248,000 nucleotides of DNA from NCBI RefSeq assembly GCF_000737315.1, contig NZ_JMCB01000002.1:20001-268000 (forward strand), read 5' to 3'. The notes beneath the pieces were generated by a model. It saw only the letters and a list, made by a program, of their open reading frames with translations, was not told the origin of the DNA and ran no database searches. The translations under genes were made by a program, and so were the position numbers. Below, in pieces: positions 1-10,051 of this stretch (the first letter of the stretch is position 1; each line of letters begins with the position of its first letter). The DNA is from Hyalangium minutum (GTDB lineage Bacteria > Myxococcota > Myxococcia > Myxococcales > Myxococcaceae).

Positions 1-673
1 CCTCGAACTCCTCGGCCTGCTGCGGCGCGGCATCCTGCCCAGGCGCCTGCGCGGGGAGCGGGCGGGGGGGCGTGAGCGCTCTCGGGACGTGGACGGGATC
101 CACTTTCGGGAAGGGCGGCGTGCTCGGATGCGCGGACATGCCCAGGTAGAAGGGCATGCCCGTGTCTCGCACCGCCTGCGCGAAGCTCTCGTCCGTGCTC
201 GGATCCGTGCTGCGCTCGTCCATCACCATGTCGAAGAGCACGGCCTTCGCGCCTCGGTACGCCAGCTCATCCACCACATGGGCCCACAAGTTGCGGGTCC
301 ACGGATAGTTGCCGAAGTTGCGCGCGTAGGTGGGGTTGTTGCGCACTCGCTCCAGGCTCGGCTGATCAATGGCCAGCACGACGATGTCGGAGGACACTCC
401 CTGGCGGTGGGTGAAGCGCGTGAGAGCGCTGTCATAGAGGATGCGCTCCAGGTTGGGCAGCCACAGCAATCCCAGCTTCCAGCTCCCCGCGGCCACGGCC
501 GTGGCCGCCACCGCCATGCCCACCATCAGCGCCAGGTGGTTGCGGAGGCGCAGCCGTAGGATCCTCCCAGCGTCACTCGCCATGCTTCATCCCCATGGGC
601 GCGGACTCTATGTCACCTTGTCCGTGCGCAGCAGCCGCCTCGGGTGCATTAGACTGGGGGGGCTGCCAGCGGG

Positions 674-1252
674 GTGGGCTTGGAACTCGAGAAGCAAGGG
701 CGTGAGAAGTTCTCCGGCAACACATTCCTGGCCTATCTCCAGGGCCTGGACGCACTGGGCTTGCGCTCCGTGGTGCGCGCCATGGTGCCGCCGCGCGTGC
801 AGCGGATGATGGACCATCCGCCCGCCCCCACCGCATGGCTGGACACAGACGAGCTGCCGCTCATCTTCAACGCGGTGATGAAGCTCCAGGGCCTGGAGGG
901 CATGCGCAAGCTGGGGTACGCGGCGACGCAGGGCACCACGGCCCGCTTCCTCCAGCCGTTGATTCAGCTGACGCTGTCGAAGCAGGGCCGCCACCCAAGC
1001 GTGCTCTTGTCGCAGCTGTCCTCCATCTTCCGCCCCTTCTTCCAGGGGATCGACTTCCACTACAAGCAGGAGGGACCGCGCTCGGGCGTGCTGCAGATTC
1101 GCTCGGTCACGCCCATGGGCGCTGCGTCCTGGGCCGCCTGGGAGGGCACGCTGCGCATCCTCTACGACGAGTGCGGCGTGAGCACGGGCGTTGTCGGACA
1201 CAGCCAGATCTCCGAGCAGGGCCGCCTGGCGACCCTGAAGGTGCGCTGGTAG
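674..1252 (+). CDS. DUF2378/TIGR02265-like myxobacterial protein
   Basis: ORF track; family-like sequence; paralog at 47475. Confidence 0.55.
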   Translation: MGLELEKQGREKFSGNTFLAYLQGLDALGLRSVVRAMVPPRVQRMMDHPPAPTAWLDTDELPLIFNAVMKLQGLEGMRKLGYAATQGTTARFLQPLIQLTLSKQGRHPSVLLSQLSSIFRPFFQGIDFHYKQEGPRSGVLQIRSVTPMGAASWAAWEGTLRILYDECGVSTGVVGHSQISEQGRLATLKVRW

Positions 1253-1375
1253 TCCCAGAGAGCGGGCACCCAGCCGAGCCACCGTCCCAGCCCGTGGAGT
1301 CCCAGCCACGGACTTCAGTCCATTGCCGCGAGCCGAGGCGTGTCGAAGCTTTAGCCGCGACTCATTCACCCCTGT

Positions 1376-2602
1376 GTGAACTCAAAGGAGCGGGACGTGG
1401 CCCTGGATCTCTTCAAGGAGAAGGGGGTGCCGCTGGATCGACAGGTCTTCACCTGGAAGGACCTGGTTCAGCGCACCTATAGCAAGCTGGATGACGACGC
1501 CTTCACCCGCGTCCGTGTCATCCTGATGAATGGCATCGAGGCCGATTCACTGCGCTTCAAGCACATCGCGGCCCGCTTCAGCCGCCAACTGCGCGAGCCG
1601 CTCGCGCTCATCCGCCGCATGGAGCACCACCAGCAGACGATGGTGAACTGGCTCAACCCCGCGGACCAGAACCCGCTGGAGACGACGCTCGGCTTCGAGC
1701 AGGTGGCCATTGAAGTCACCGCCAGTGTGGCCCAGCGCGAGCCGGACCCGTACATGGCGCAGACGTACCGCTTTGGGCTGCTCGAGGACTTTGACCACCT
1801 GTACCGGTATGCCGCCCTGTACGACCGGCTGGAGGGCAAGGATCCGAACTCCCTCATCCAGTCCTACTCGGACATCCGTCCGGGCCGACCCACCGCGGTG
1901 GAGCACCGCCACCCGCTGGATGATCTGCGGCGGCCGTACGACATGCGCACGGCACACCCGCTCACCAAGATTCACGCGCTGCTCATCACCGCGGCCGAGT
2001 TCCAGACGCACGACTACTACATGACCATTGGTCCGATGTTCGCGGACCCCGTGGCCCGCCAGCTCTACGCGGAGATCGCCTCCATCGAGGAGCAGCACGT
2101 CACCCAGTACGGCTCGCTGGTGGATCCGGACGAGTCGCTGCTGGAGAAGTGGATGCTGCACGAGGCCATGGAGCTGTACTGCTACCAGTCGTGCCTGGCC
2201 TACGAGGGCAACCCGCGCGTGAAGGCCATCTGGGAGCGCTTCATGGACTACGAGCTGGGCCACCTCCACTACGTGATGGAGCTGTTCCAGCGGCTCGAGG
2301 GGCGTGATCCCGCTGAGGTGCTGCCGGCCACGCTGCCCGACCCCGTGGAGTTCAAGAGCCACCGCGAGTTCGTGCGCCGCGTGCTGAACCAGGAGGTGGA
2401 TCTGCGCGCCAACGGGCCGGACTTCGTGGACAAGGCGGAGCTGTCGCCGGGACACCGCTCGATTGTCTACCGCGACGCGCTCAACGCCGAGGGCTCGCCG
2501 TCCGAGACGGCCGCCGCGGGCTACCAGTGGACGCCGGGCACCGAGGTGGCGGCGCGCGGACAGCGCCTCGTCACCGGGCCGGAAGGGAGGCTGCAGTCAT
2601 GA
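1376..2602 (+). CDS. ferritin-like (diiron/Mn four-helix) protein
   Basis: Repeated ExxH motifs (EDFDH, EEQH, ELGH). Confidence 0.6.
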   Translation: MNSKERDVALDLFKEKGVPLDRQVFTWKDLVQRTYSKLDDDAFTRVRVILMNGIEADSLRFKHIAARFSRQLREPLALIRRMEHHQQTMVNWLNPADQNPLETTLGFEQVAIEVTASVAQREPDPYMAQTYRFGLLEDFDHLYRYAALYDRLEGKDPNSLIQSYSDIRPGRPTAVEHRHPLDDLRRPYDMRTAHPLTKIHALLITAAEFQTHDYYMTIGPMFADPVARQLYAEIASIEEQHVTQYGSLVDPDESLLEKWMLHEAMELYCYQSCLAYEGNPRVKAIWERFMDYELGHLHYVMELFQRLEGRDPAEVLPATLPDPVEFKSHREFVRRVLNQEVDLRANGPDFVDKAELSPGHRSIVYRDALNAEGSPSETAAAGYQWTPGTEVAARGQRLVTGPEGRLQS

Positions 2603-3357
2603 AGAAGACGTCCAGTGATGTGGGGCTCAACCGCACGGGCATCCAGACTTCGCCCATCGACAGCAAGGAGGCCATCGAAGGCGCGAAGGCGGGCATCCCT
2701 AGCTCCATGGGCACCGAGGCTGGCATCCTCGAGGTGCGTGCCATCTACGCCCGGGAGAGCGACGGCTTGGGCACGGTCCCCGTGCCGGCCACCCTCAAGG
2801 GCATGTTCACCACGGCCAAGGAGCTGCTGAAGGGCAACAAGCCCACGGTGTTCATCGACAAGCTGGGCGAGCGGCTCAGCTTCGAGCGCACGGGCGTGAG
2901 GCTCTACGAGGCGGCCCTGGGCAAGTTCGACATCCACGGCACGTGGGCGGGTGGGCCCTCGCGGGAACAGCTGGAGAAGATCCTCAGCGATGAGCTGTCT
3001 CACTTCGTCCTCATCCGCGAGGCCATCGAGAGGCTGGGCGCGGATCCGACGGCGCTCACGCCCTCGGCGGATCTGGTGGCGGTGGCGTCCATGGGGATTC
3101 CGCAGGTGCTGCAGGATCCGCGCACCAACCTCATTCAGTGCCTGGAGGCGCTGATGGTGGCGGAGCTGACGGACAACTCGGGCTGGGAGCTGCTCATCGA
3201 GCTGGCCGAGGGCTTGGGGCAGACCGAGCTCGTCGAGCAGTTCGAGGCCGCGCTGGGCGTGGAGGCCGAGCACCTCCAGTTGGTGCGCCGGTGGCTCATC
3301 GCCGGGGTGACGGGCGAGGCCGGTGTCCGCGAGGAGGCGGGCATCCCCGCGATGTAG
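2599..3357 (+). CDS. ferritin-like domain protein
   Basis: FERTGVRLYEA, DELSH, EAEH; ATG overlaps upstream stop. Confidence 0.65.
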   Translation: MKKTSSDVGLNRTGIQTSPIDSKEAIEGAKAGIPSSMGTEAGILEVRAIYARESDGLGTVPVPATLKGMFTTAKELLKGNKPTVFIDKLGERLSFERTGVRLYEAALGKFDIHGTWAGGPSREQLEKILSDELSHFVLIREAIERLGADPTALTPSADLVAVASMGIPQVLQDPRTNLIQCLEALMVAELTDNSGWELLIELAEGLGQTELVEQFEAALGVEAEHLQLVRRWLIAGVTGEAGVREEAGIPAM

Positions 3358-3372
3358 TGCCCATCTTCAGGG

Positions 3373-3409
3373 GGGAGAGCGGTGGAGGGTCCGCTCTCCC
3401 TTTCTTTTT
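3373..3409 (+). terminator. rho-independent terminator
   Basis: gggagagcgg...ccgctctccc followed by a T-tract. Confidence 0.7.
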
Positions 3410-3424
3410 GCCTGGAGGAACAGC

Positions 3425-3937
3425 ATGCAGCCGAGCCCAGCGTTGAAGAGCCCGTCGTTGAGAGCGGAGTCCGCCGCAGCACTCGGTGTCTTTGGTGCCC
3501 TGACTGCGGGGGCAGGCGCTCTGGGGGCGCTCGTGACGGACCATGGGACCCAGCTCTGGTACCGGCGGCTGCGCAAGCCTCCGTTCCAGCCGCCCAGCGC
3601 CGTGTTCGGACCGGTGTGGACGGTGCTGTACGGCCTCATGGCCGTGTCTGCCTGGCGGGTGTGGAACCGGCCGGCCGGGCCTGCTCGCTCGCGGGCTCTG
3701 GGGCTGTGGGCGCTCCAGCTTGGCTTCAATGCCGCGTGGAGCTGGCTCTTCTTCGGGAAGCGCCTCAAGCGGACTGCGCTCGCGGACATCGGCGCGCTCG
3801 GAGCCAGCATCGCGGCCTATATCGCGGCGGCCCGGAAGGTGGACAAGCCGGCCGCGGCCCTGGTGGCGCCGTACCTGGGATGGGTGTGCTTCGCTGGCCT
3901 CCTCAATGAGGAGCTTGTCCGCAGGAACCCGTCTTGA
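3425..3937 (+). CDS. tspO: TspO/MBR tryptophan-rich sensory protein
   Basis: WYRRLRKPPFQPP, VFGPVWTVLY, LNAAWSWLFF-like motifs. Confidence 0.9.
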   Translation: MQPSPALKSPSLRAESAAALGVFGALTAGAGALGALVTDHGTQLWYRRLRKPPFQPPSAVFGPVWTVLYGLMAVSAWRVWNRPAGPARSRALGLWALQLGFNAAWSWLFFGKRLKRTALADIGALGASIAAYIAAARKVDKPAAALVAPYLGWVCFAGLLNEELVRRNPS

Positions 3938-3994
3938 TGCGCACCTGGACGTCCGGGGGAGCAGGGAGGCACCCCCCGGGCGTTGGGTCAGCTG

Positions 3995-4276
3995 CTAGAA
4001 ACACTCAGTGCTGTACTGCGAGTACGTGCTCGTCCTGCCCCACACGGACCATGAGCCGCAGTAGCAACCCCTGCCGCCGATCTGCGTGGAGTACGTCGCG
4101 TCGCTGAAATACGCCGTGTAGTAAGTCTCCCCCGCACAGTCCGGAATGGCATCTTCGCGGGTCTGCAGGTTGGACGGCGACGGCTCCTGCGTGGCCTCGT
4201 CGGCAACGCTACCGCCACAGCCCACCATCAGACCCATCACCAGCGACAGACTCGCAGCCCACATCGCGTTCTTCAT
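3995..4276 (-). CDS. small Cys-containing lipoprotein
   Basis: Signal ending LMVGC; C-terminal Cys motifs. Confidence 0.6.
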   Translation of the reverse strand: MKNAMWAASLSLVMGLMVGCGGSVADEATQEPSPSNLQTREDAIPDCAGETYYTAYFSDATYSTQIGGRGCYCGSWSVWGRTSTYSQYSTECF

Positions 4277-4445
4277 GTGACCCTCCCGTACAGAAAGTGA
4301 AGGGCTGAACGTTAAGCCCGGGATTTCGGGAGGCTCAAGAAAAGTCGCAGCCGCCTTGCACGGGACGTGTGGGCCGTCCCGCCTCAACGAAAACTTTCAG
4401 AAAGTCCTTCGGGAAGATCTGCGCGGCCCGCCGTTCCAGAGGGGA

Positions 4446-5099
4446 ATGAACGCGGTTGCCCTACACAACATTGGCTTGCTCGCTGCTCCTCGGGTTGGTC
4501 GGTACTTGACTGTGCGTGACTGGGCTGCGAAGGCTGCCACCTTCGTGGATTCCCGGTCTCTCTCAGAGCCCACCGTTGATAGCCGGTGGTTCGCCGCGTT
4601 CATCCGGGAGCACGAGTCCGTCCTCCAGGCCACTGCGCTGCGCTTGTGCGGCAACCCCACGGATGCCCGGGATTTGGTCCAGGACACTCTGGAGCGTGGG
4701 CTGAAGAACCTGTCCCGCTACAAGCCGGGCACGGATGGGCGCGCATGGCTGCTCACCATCCTCCACCACATCTTCATCGACCGGTGCCGCTCGCGCACCC
4801 GGGAGCGCCGCGCGGATGTGTCCGCCGAGGATGTGGAGGAGAAGGTCGCCGCCCCCGAGCCCGACGCCCAGCCCGCCTGGGCCGCCATCAGCCCCGAGCA
4901 GCTGCGCGAGGCCCTGGACAAGATTCCCGAGGAGTTCCGCCTCGTCTACCAGCTGCACTCGCTGGAGGGGCGCTCCTATATCGAGATCGCGGAGCGGCTT
5001 GGCATCCCCAAGGCCACCGTGGGCACGCGGCTCATCCGCGCGCGCCGCCGCCTGAAGGAGTTGCTGATGCCCACTGTGACCGGAGGCGCCGAGGCATGA
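4446..5099 (+). CDS. ECF sigma-70 factor
   Basis: DARDLVQDT region 2, GTVGTRLIRAR-like region 4. Confidence 0.9.
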   Translation: MNAVALHNIGLLAAPRVGRYLTVRDWAAKAATFVDSRSLSEPTVDSRWFAAFIREHESVLQATALRLCGNPTDARDLVQDTLERGLKNLSRYKPGTDGRAWLLTILHHIFIDRCRSRTRERRADVSAEDVEEKVAAPEPDAQPAWAAISPEQLREALDKIPEEFRLVYQLHSLEGRSYIEIAERLGIPKATVGTRLIRARRRLKELLMPTVTGGAEA

Positions 5100-6859
5100 G
5101 CGGCATGGGCGACATGGGCGAGGACATCCATGACCTCGTGCACGCGTTCGCGGACGGGGAGCTGGAGCCCTCAGAGGCCGAGGCCTTCCGCGAGCACCTC
5201 GGCACCTGCGAGCAGTGCCAGGCCGAGCTGGATGACATTCTCCAACTCCAGGCGCTGAGCGGGCGGCTGGCCTCGATGGAGGCGAAGCAGGCTCCGGCTC
5301 CCGAGACGGTGGCGCCTCCTGTGGAGAGGGCCCGGCCTGTCGAGGCGGCGCGGAAGACCGAGGAGGCGGCGGCTTCTTCTCGCGCCTTCCGCCCCGCGTG
5401 GAGCCGCCGCCGGCGCGTGGGCCTGAGCGTGGTGCTGGGTGGTGCGCTGGCCGCAGCCTTTGCCCTGGCCGTGCTGCGGACGCCGGGCCTGGAGGGTGGG
5501 AACACTCCCGAGACGCTCGCGCTGGCCCCCACCCGCTCCACCGAGGCGCGGCTGAGCTACGGCGGTGCCAGTGGCTGGCGGCCCTACGGCGTGAAGCGCT
5601 CCGGCAACGAGCGCCCCGTGGAGCGCGTGCCGCTGGAGACGCAGGCGAAGCTGGAGAAGAAGAGCGACCTGCACGGCCTGGCCACCACCTTCCTGCTGCA
5701 GGGCGAGAAGGATCAGGCCGCCGAGTACCTCGGCAAGCTCTCCTCCTCGCCGGACGTGGACAGCGATCGCGCGGTGGTGGCGCTGTCGAAGGGCGCGCTG
5801 GAGGAGGCGCTCAGCCTGCTGGAGGGCGTGCTCGAGAAGGCGCCGAACCACGCTCCCGCGCTGTGGAACCGTGGCCTGGTGCTGCGTGAGCTGGGGTTGG
5901 ATCTGCTGGCCGCCGAGAGCTTCGGCAAGGTGGCTGCGCTCAACGAGCCCGGCTGGAGTGACGAGGCCCGCGAGCGCAAGGCGCAGCTGGAGCGTCAGGG
6001 CCAGGAGCGCCACAACCGCTGGAAGGCCGTGTGGGACGCCGGCAATCGCATGGTGGCCGATGGCACGCTGCTGACGGACAGCCAGGTGCGTGACGCTCCG
6101 CCCATGGCGCGCCGCTCCCTGTACCTGGCCGCCTGGACCGCTCCCACCGCTGAGCGGGTGCTCGCGCTGCGGCCCGTGGCCCAGGCACTCGATGCGCACT
6201 ACGGCGGCAGGGTGCTGGAGACCTACCTGGAGCGCACCGCGAAGCGGGACTTCGCCACGCGCGCCCCGCTGGCCGCCACCTTCTCCCAGGGGCTCGAGGG
6301 CAAGCTGGACGCCACCGCGGGGGAGGCCTTCATCCGCCAGCTCCAGGCCTCGGGCGAGCAGGACATCCTCCTGGGCGCGCTCTCACTGCTCGGCATGCTC
6401 CCGGCGCGGGTGGACCTGTATGAGGCGGCCGCGCGCTCGCTGGGAGACCCCTGGTTCCTGATGAGCGCCCAGCTCCAGCGGGCCCAGGCGCAGCTCGCTG
6501 CCCGTGAGCTCGGGCAGGCGGAGGCCACGCTGCGCACCGCGCTCCCCGAGTGCGAGCAGCAGCACCTCGACTCCCGCTGCGCCGAGCTGGAGCAGATGCT
6601 CGTGGAGCTCTACACGCTGGATCACCGTCTGTCCGAGGCCGGTGAGCTGGCCCGCAAGGGGCTCACCCGCGCCCAGCAGATGAACGAGGCGGGCCTGGAG
6701 GTCCGATTCCTACAGAACCTCGAGCAGATCGCCCGCTTCCAGAAGGGCTTAGCCCTGGCGCGCGCGTACCTCCAGGAGTCCGCCCTGCGCGAGCCGGACT
6801 CCTGCCCCACGCAGATCCACGTGCACGCCTGTCGCTGTTGGCCGTTGTGTGTGCCGTGA
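5096..6859 (+). CDS. zf-HC2 anti-sigma/TPR protein, possibly C-terminally truncated
   Basis: HLGTCEQC zinc finger, TM helix, TPR repeats; ATGA overlap with sigma gene. Confidence 0.7.
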   Translation: MSGMGDMGEDIHDLVHAFADGELEPSEAEAFREHLGTCEQCQAELDDILQLQALSGRLASMEAKQAPAPETVAPPVERARPVEAARKTEEAAASSRAFRPAWSRRRRVGLSVVLGGALAAAFALAVLRTPGLEGGNTPETLALAPTRSTEARLSYGGASGWRPYGVKRSGNERPVERVPLETQAKLEKKSDLHGLATTFLLQGEKDQAAEYLGKLSSSPDVDSDRAVVALSKGALEEALSLLEGVLEKAPNHAPALWNRGLVLRELGLDLLAAESFGKVAALNEPGWSDEARERKAQLERQGQERHNRWKAVWDAGNRMVADGTLLTDSQVRDAPPMARRSLYLAAWTAPTAERVLALRPVAQALDAHYGGRVLETYLERTAKRDFATRAPLAATFSQGLEGKLDATAGEAFIRQLQASGEQDILLGALSLLGMLPARVDLYEAAARSLGDPWFLMSAQLQRAQAQLAARELGQAEATLRTALPECEQQHLDSRCAELEQMLVELYTLDHRLSEAGELARKGLTRAQQMNEAGLEVRFLQNLEQIARFQKGLALARAYLQESALREPDSCPTQIHVHACRCWPLCVP

Positions 6860-6871
6860 GCTCCGGAGCGC

Positions 6872-7048
6872 TCAGTTTCGGAAGCGCGTGGGCTTCAGCG
6901 GGTTGAGCGCGAGCATGACGGCGAAGTAGCGGGCCTGCACCTCGTTGGTGCAGTGCACTTCCTGAATGCGGCCGCCCATCTTCACTCGAATGAGCCAGCC
7001 ATCCTTCTCGCGAGTCAGCGTGGGGGTTTCGGTCGTCATTGGGTCCAT
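6872..7048 (-). CDS. small hypothetical protein (paralog of 233738)
   Basis: GWLIRV...EVQARYFA shared with 233738..233971. Confidence 0.6.
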   Translation of the reverse strand: MDPMTTETPTLTREKDGWLIRVKMGGRIQEVHCTNEVQARYFAVMLALNPLKPTRFRN

Positions 7049-7084
7049 TCCTGGGTGTTGAGCCAGCCTCCCACCTTTCTCATT

Positions 7085-7100
7085 AGCAGCCTGCATGCCA
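7085..7100 (-). promoter_or_regulatory. sigma-54 -24/-12 promoter
   Basis: TGGCATGCAGGCTGCT, correct GG/GC spacing, upstream of the small gene. Confidence 0.6.
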
Positions 7101-7195
7101 GTCTCCGGAGCGTGGGATTGCGGGCGTTTGGCCGCCCCTGGCGAACACCGGTGGACAGGGGAGCTGTCATTCTTGCAGACCCGTCTGCAAGAACT

Positions 7196-8791
7196 TCAGT
7201 GCACGGTGTGACTCGACGCTTGCTCGGGCTGCGCCTGCGCCGAGGGCAGTGTCGGAAGGGCGACATAAAATGTGGAGCCGCGGTCCACCTCGCTCTCCAC
7301 CCAGATGCGGCCTCCGTGGCGCGCGACGATGTCGCGGCAGATGTAGAGCCCCAGCCCGAGGCCTCCATAGGAGCGAGGGGACACATTGCGCGCGCGGAAG
7401 TAGCGCTCGAAGAGGTGCTCCTGCTGATCAGCGGGGATGCCGATGCCCGGGTCGCTCACGGACAGCAGGGCTGTGTCGCCGCGCGGCTCGAGCGAGACGT
7501 GGATGGTGCCGCCGTCCGGGCTGTACTTGAGCGCGTTCTCCAGGAGGTTGGCGATCACCTGCTCGAGCCGGTAGGGGTCTCCCAGCACCTGGAGCGGCGT
7601 GGCGGGCGCGTGGAAGAGGATGCGGTGCCCGGCTTCGTAGAGGCCCTCGGTGACGTGGATGACGTGCTCGGTGAGCAGGTCCAGGCGGGTGGGCTGAGGT
7701 TGGAGCGCGAGCCCGCCGGACTCGATGCGCGAGGCGTCCAGCAAGTCATTGATGAGCGAGGTGAGGCGCAGCAGGTGCTGGCGCGCGTGGCGCAGGGAGG
7801 AGGGGTCCACGGGCTCGCCGCGCTCCAGGCGGCGCTCGAGGTTGGCCAGGCGCAGGGAGAGCGGGGTGAGGGGCGTCTTCAGCTCGTGCGAGGCGATGGT
7901 GAGGAAGTCCTCGCGCACGCGCACGGCCTCCTGGGCCTCGCGGAAGAGGCGAGCGTGCTCCCGCTCCACCTTCTTGCGCTCGGTGATGTCCTCGACGATG
8001 CCCACGCCTCCAGCCACCTGGCCGCTACCGTCGTGGCAGGGGGCGAAGTGGATGCGCACGGGCGTCACCTTGGAAGCGGTGACGGAGGCGTAGTCGCCTT
8101 CATAGTGCGAGTGCTTGCCGCTGAGCGTGGCGCTGATGCAATGGGTGATGCGCGGATCCTTCAGGGTCAGCAGGTTGAGCCCGATCAGCAACTGCTTGGA
8201 CGAGCCGGTGATGCGGACGAAGTAGTCATTGCAGGCGGTGATGACGGGCGTCTTGTCGAAGTGGAAGATGCCGAGCGGGGCGTTCTCGACGATGGTCTGG
8301 TAGCGGCGCTCGGCCATGTCGGGCTTGCGCGCGGCGCCGAGGTGGCCGCTTTGCCAGAGCTCGAGGGACACCTCCTGTTGGAGGGGCTCGGGGCTGAAGC
8401 TGGGGGCCTCGGGGGCGCGGCGCAGGGACAGGACAATGCGCTGCTGCCCATGCCGCTGGGCCTGGCCGGTGGTGATCTCCAGCAGCAGCTCTTCGCCGCC
8501 CCGGCGCTTCAAGGGGAGGAGCGTGGAGTGGCCCGGCTGCTGCTGTTGGCGTGCGAGCAGGTAGCGGAGCAGGGAGTTCCCGTCGAGGGTCTGGAGGCGT
8601 GGGGGAACGAGGAGGGAGAAGGGCTGGCCGCGCAGCTCTTCTCCCTTCCATCCGAGCAGCCGCTCTGCGGCGGGGGTGATGTAGAGGATGTGTTCGCGGC
8701 CATCGCACGCCAGCAGGGGATCGGTCAGGGCATCGATCAGGAGCTCGAGCTCATCACCTTCCAGGCAGGACACCAGCGGGCCTCTCTCCAA
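7196..8791 (-). CDS. PAS-PAS sensor histidine kinase
   Basis: ASHELKTPL H-box, NLLENALKY, GGLGLGL; start approximate. Confidence 0.9.
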   Translation of the reverse strand: MERGPLVSCLEGDELELLIDALTDPLLACDGREHILYITPAAERLLGWKGEELRGQPFSLLVPPRLQTLDGNSLLRYLLARQQQQPGHSTLLPLKRRGGEELLLEITTGQAQRHGQQRIVLSLRRAPEAPSFSPEPLQQEVSLELWQSGHLGAARKPDMAERRYQTIVENAPLGIFHFDKTPVITACNDYFVRITGSSKQLLIGLNLLTLKDPRITHCISATLSGKHSHYEGDYASVTASKVTPVRIHFAPCHDGSGQVAGGVGIVEDITERKKVEREHARLFREAQEAVRVREDFLTIASHELKTPLTPLSLRLANLERRLERGEPVDPSSLRHARQHLLRLTSLINDLLDASRIESGGLALQPQPTRLDLLTEHVIHVTEGLYEAGHRILFHAPATPLQVLGDPYRLEQVIANLLENALKYSPDGGTIHVSLEPRGDTALLSVSDPGIGIPADQQEHLFERYFRARNVSPRSYGGLGLGLYICRDIVARHGGRIWVESEVDRGSTFYVALPTLPSAQAQPEQASSHTVH

Positions 8792-8930
8792 TCGTCCTGC
8801 TAGAGATAGGCACTTCTGGAGTGAGCGGCTGGGCCTGAGGGAGGACTCCCGGCGCCCGGGCGGGGAAGGGCCCGCTGCTGCGGTATGCTGCGACCGAAGT
8901 GGCAACGCTTTTGGGGCGGCTGAGGCGGCT

Positions 8931-9152
8931 ATGCGCTGGAAGGCAGCGATAATCGGGTGGATGGTCTTCTTCCTGATGGGATGTCCCCACTCGTTCGGAC
9001 GGGGAGGGATCCTGGACCGGGCCGCAGCCAAGGACACGAAAGAGTACCTGGAAGACCTCAACGGCGAGCAGCCCTGTCCATCACCTGAGGAGCTGAGTCA
9101 GCTCTGCGAGGAGCGAGACGATCCGGCATGCCCTCGGGAGTGCTTGCAGTGA
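8931..9152 (+). CDS. small lipoprotein
   Basis: MRWKAAIIGWMVFFLMGC lipobox. Confidence 0.6.
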   Translation: MRWKAAIIGWMVFFLMGCPHSFGRGGILDRAAAKDTKEYLEDLNGEQPCPSPEELSQLCEERDDPACPRECLQ

Positions 9153-10036
9153 AGTGGCGATTCGCGCTGGTCGCGCTCGCGGGTTTGCTGCTGGTGGTCC
9201 CCTGGGTGTTCACCGTTCGCATCATGATGCGAGACGAAGCTGTGAACCGGCTGCCAGGCGGGGCGCCAGTCAGCCCCGTGCTCTCGCAGGAAGACCGGGC
9301 GAGGCTGATGACCTTCCATCGCGACTGCAAGCAGAGTGATGACTGCGACCCCCCGCTGGGCTGCCGGAAGTACTGGAAGCTGCGAAGGTCGATCTGTACG
9401 GACAGCGAGTGCGTGTCTGACCTCCAATGCTCGGAGGGAGAGACGTGTCAGGTGGTGCCTTCCGAGGGGAACGGGCCCCGGCTGCGCCTCTGTGTTCAGC
9501 AGGGCGTGCGGCAGGAGGGGGAGGCGTGTGACCTCTTTCCTGGGAGTAGCCCGCAAGCCTGCGGGCCAGGGCTGCTCTGCCGCGAAGGCCGCTGCGGACG
9601 GGCTTGCCAGCCCTCAGCGCCCGAGAGCTGCCCGCGGGGGTTCTTCTGCTCGGACAGCCCTGAAGGCTCAGTGTGCCTGCCCACGTGCGAGGAGCAGGGC
9701 TGCCCCGAGGGACAGCAGTGCCTCCGGTTCAACCGCGTGGGGGACCGGAGCGTGTCCGCCTGCGTGAGGGTGCGCGGGGTGAATTGTCAGAAGACTTCCT
9801 GCGCCCAAGGGCAGGAGTGCCGGGTGCTCCATGTCCCCGAGCATCCAGAGGAGGCACATGTGTCCTGTGCCATCCCCTGTGGCTCGGGCCGGCCCTCTTG
9901 CCCGGAGGGCCTCATCTGCCCCCGGTTCTTCTGTGTAAAACCTTGTGACCCACGGGCCGAGGGGATGTGTGGCCCGGATGACGAGTGCCGGCAGCTCAGC
10001 TCGAATGATCCTTGGGCCTGCCGGCCCCTTCTGTAG
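9128..10036 (+). CDS. Cys-rich exported repeat protein
   Basis: N-terminal TM, about 30 Cys in repeated modules. Confidence 0.7.
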   Translation: MPSGVLAVKWRFALVALAGLLLVVPWVFTVRIMMRDEAVNRLPGGAPVSPVLSQEDRARLMTFHRDCKQSDDCDPPLGCRKYWKLRRSICTDSECVSDLQCSEGETCQVVPSEGNGPRLRLCVQQGVRQEGEACDLFPGSSPQACGPGLLCREGRCGRACQPSAPESCPRGFFCSDSPEGSVCLPTCEEQGCPEGQQCLRFNRVGDRSVSACVRVRGVNCQKTSCAQGQECRVLHVPEHPEEAHVSCAIPCGSGRPSCPEGLICPRFFCVKPCDPRAEGMCGPDDECRQLSSNDPWACRPLL

Positions 10037-10051
10037 CGTAGGCTCTGGCCC

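Noticed and set aside
1376-3357. Ferritin-like pair as encapsulin cargo
   Set aside because: No LTVGSL-type targeting peptide and no encapsulin gene in the window.
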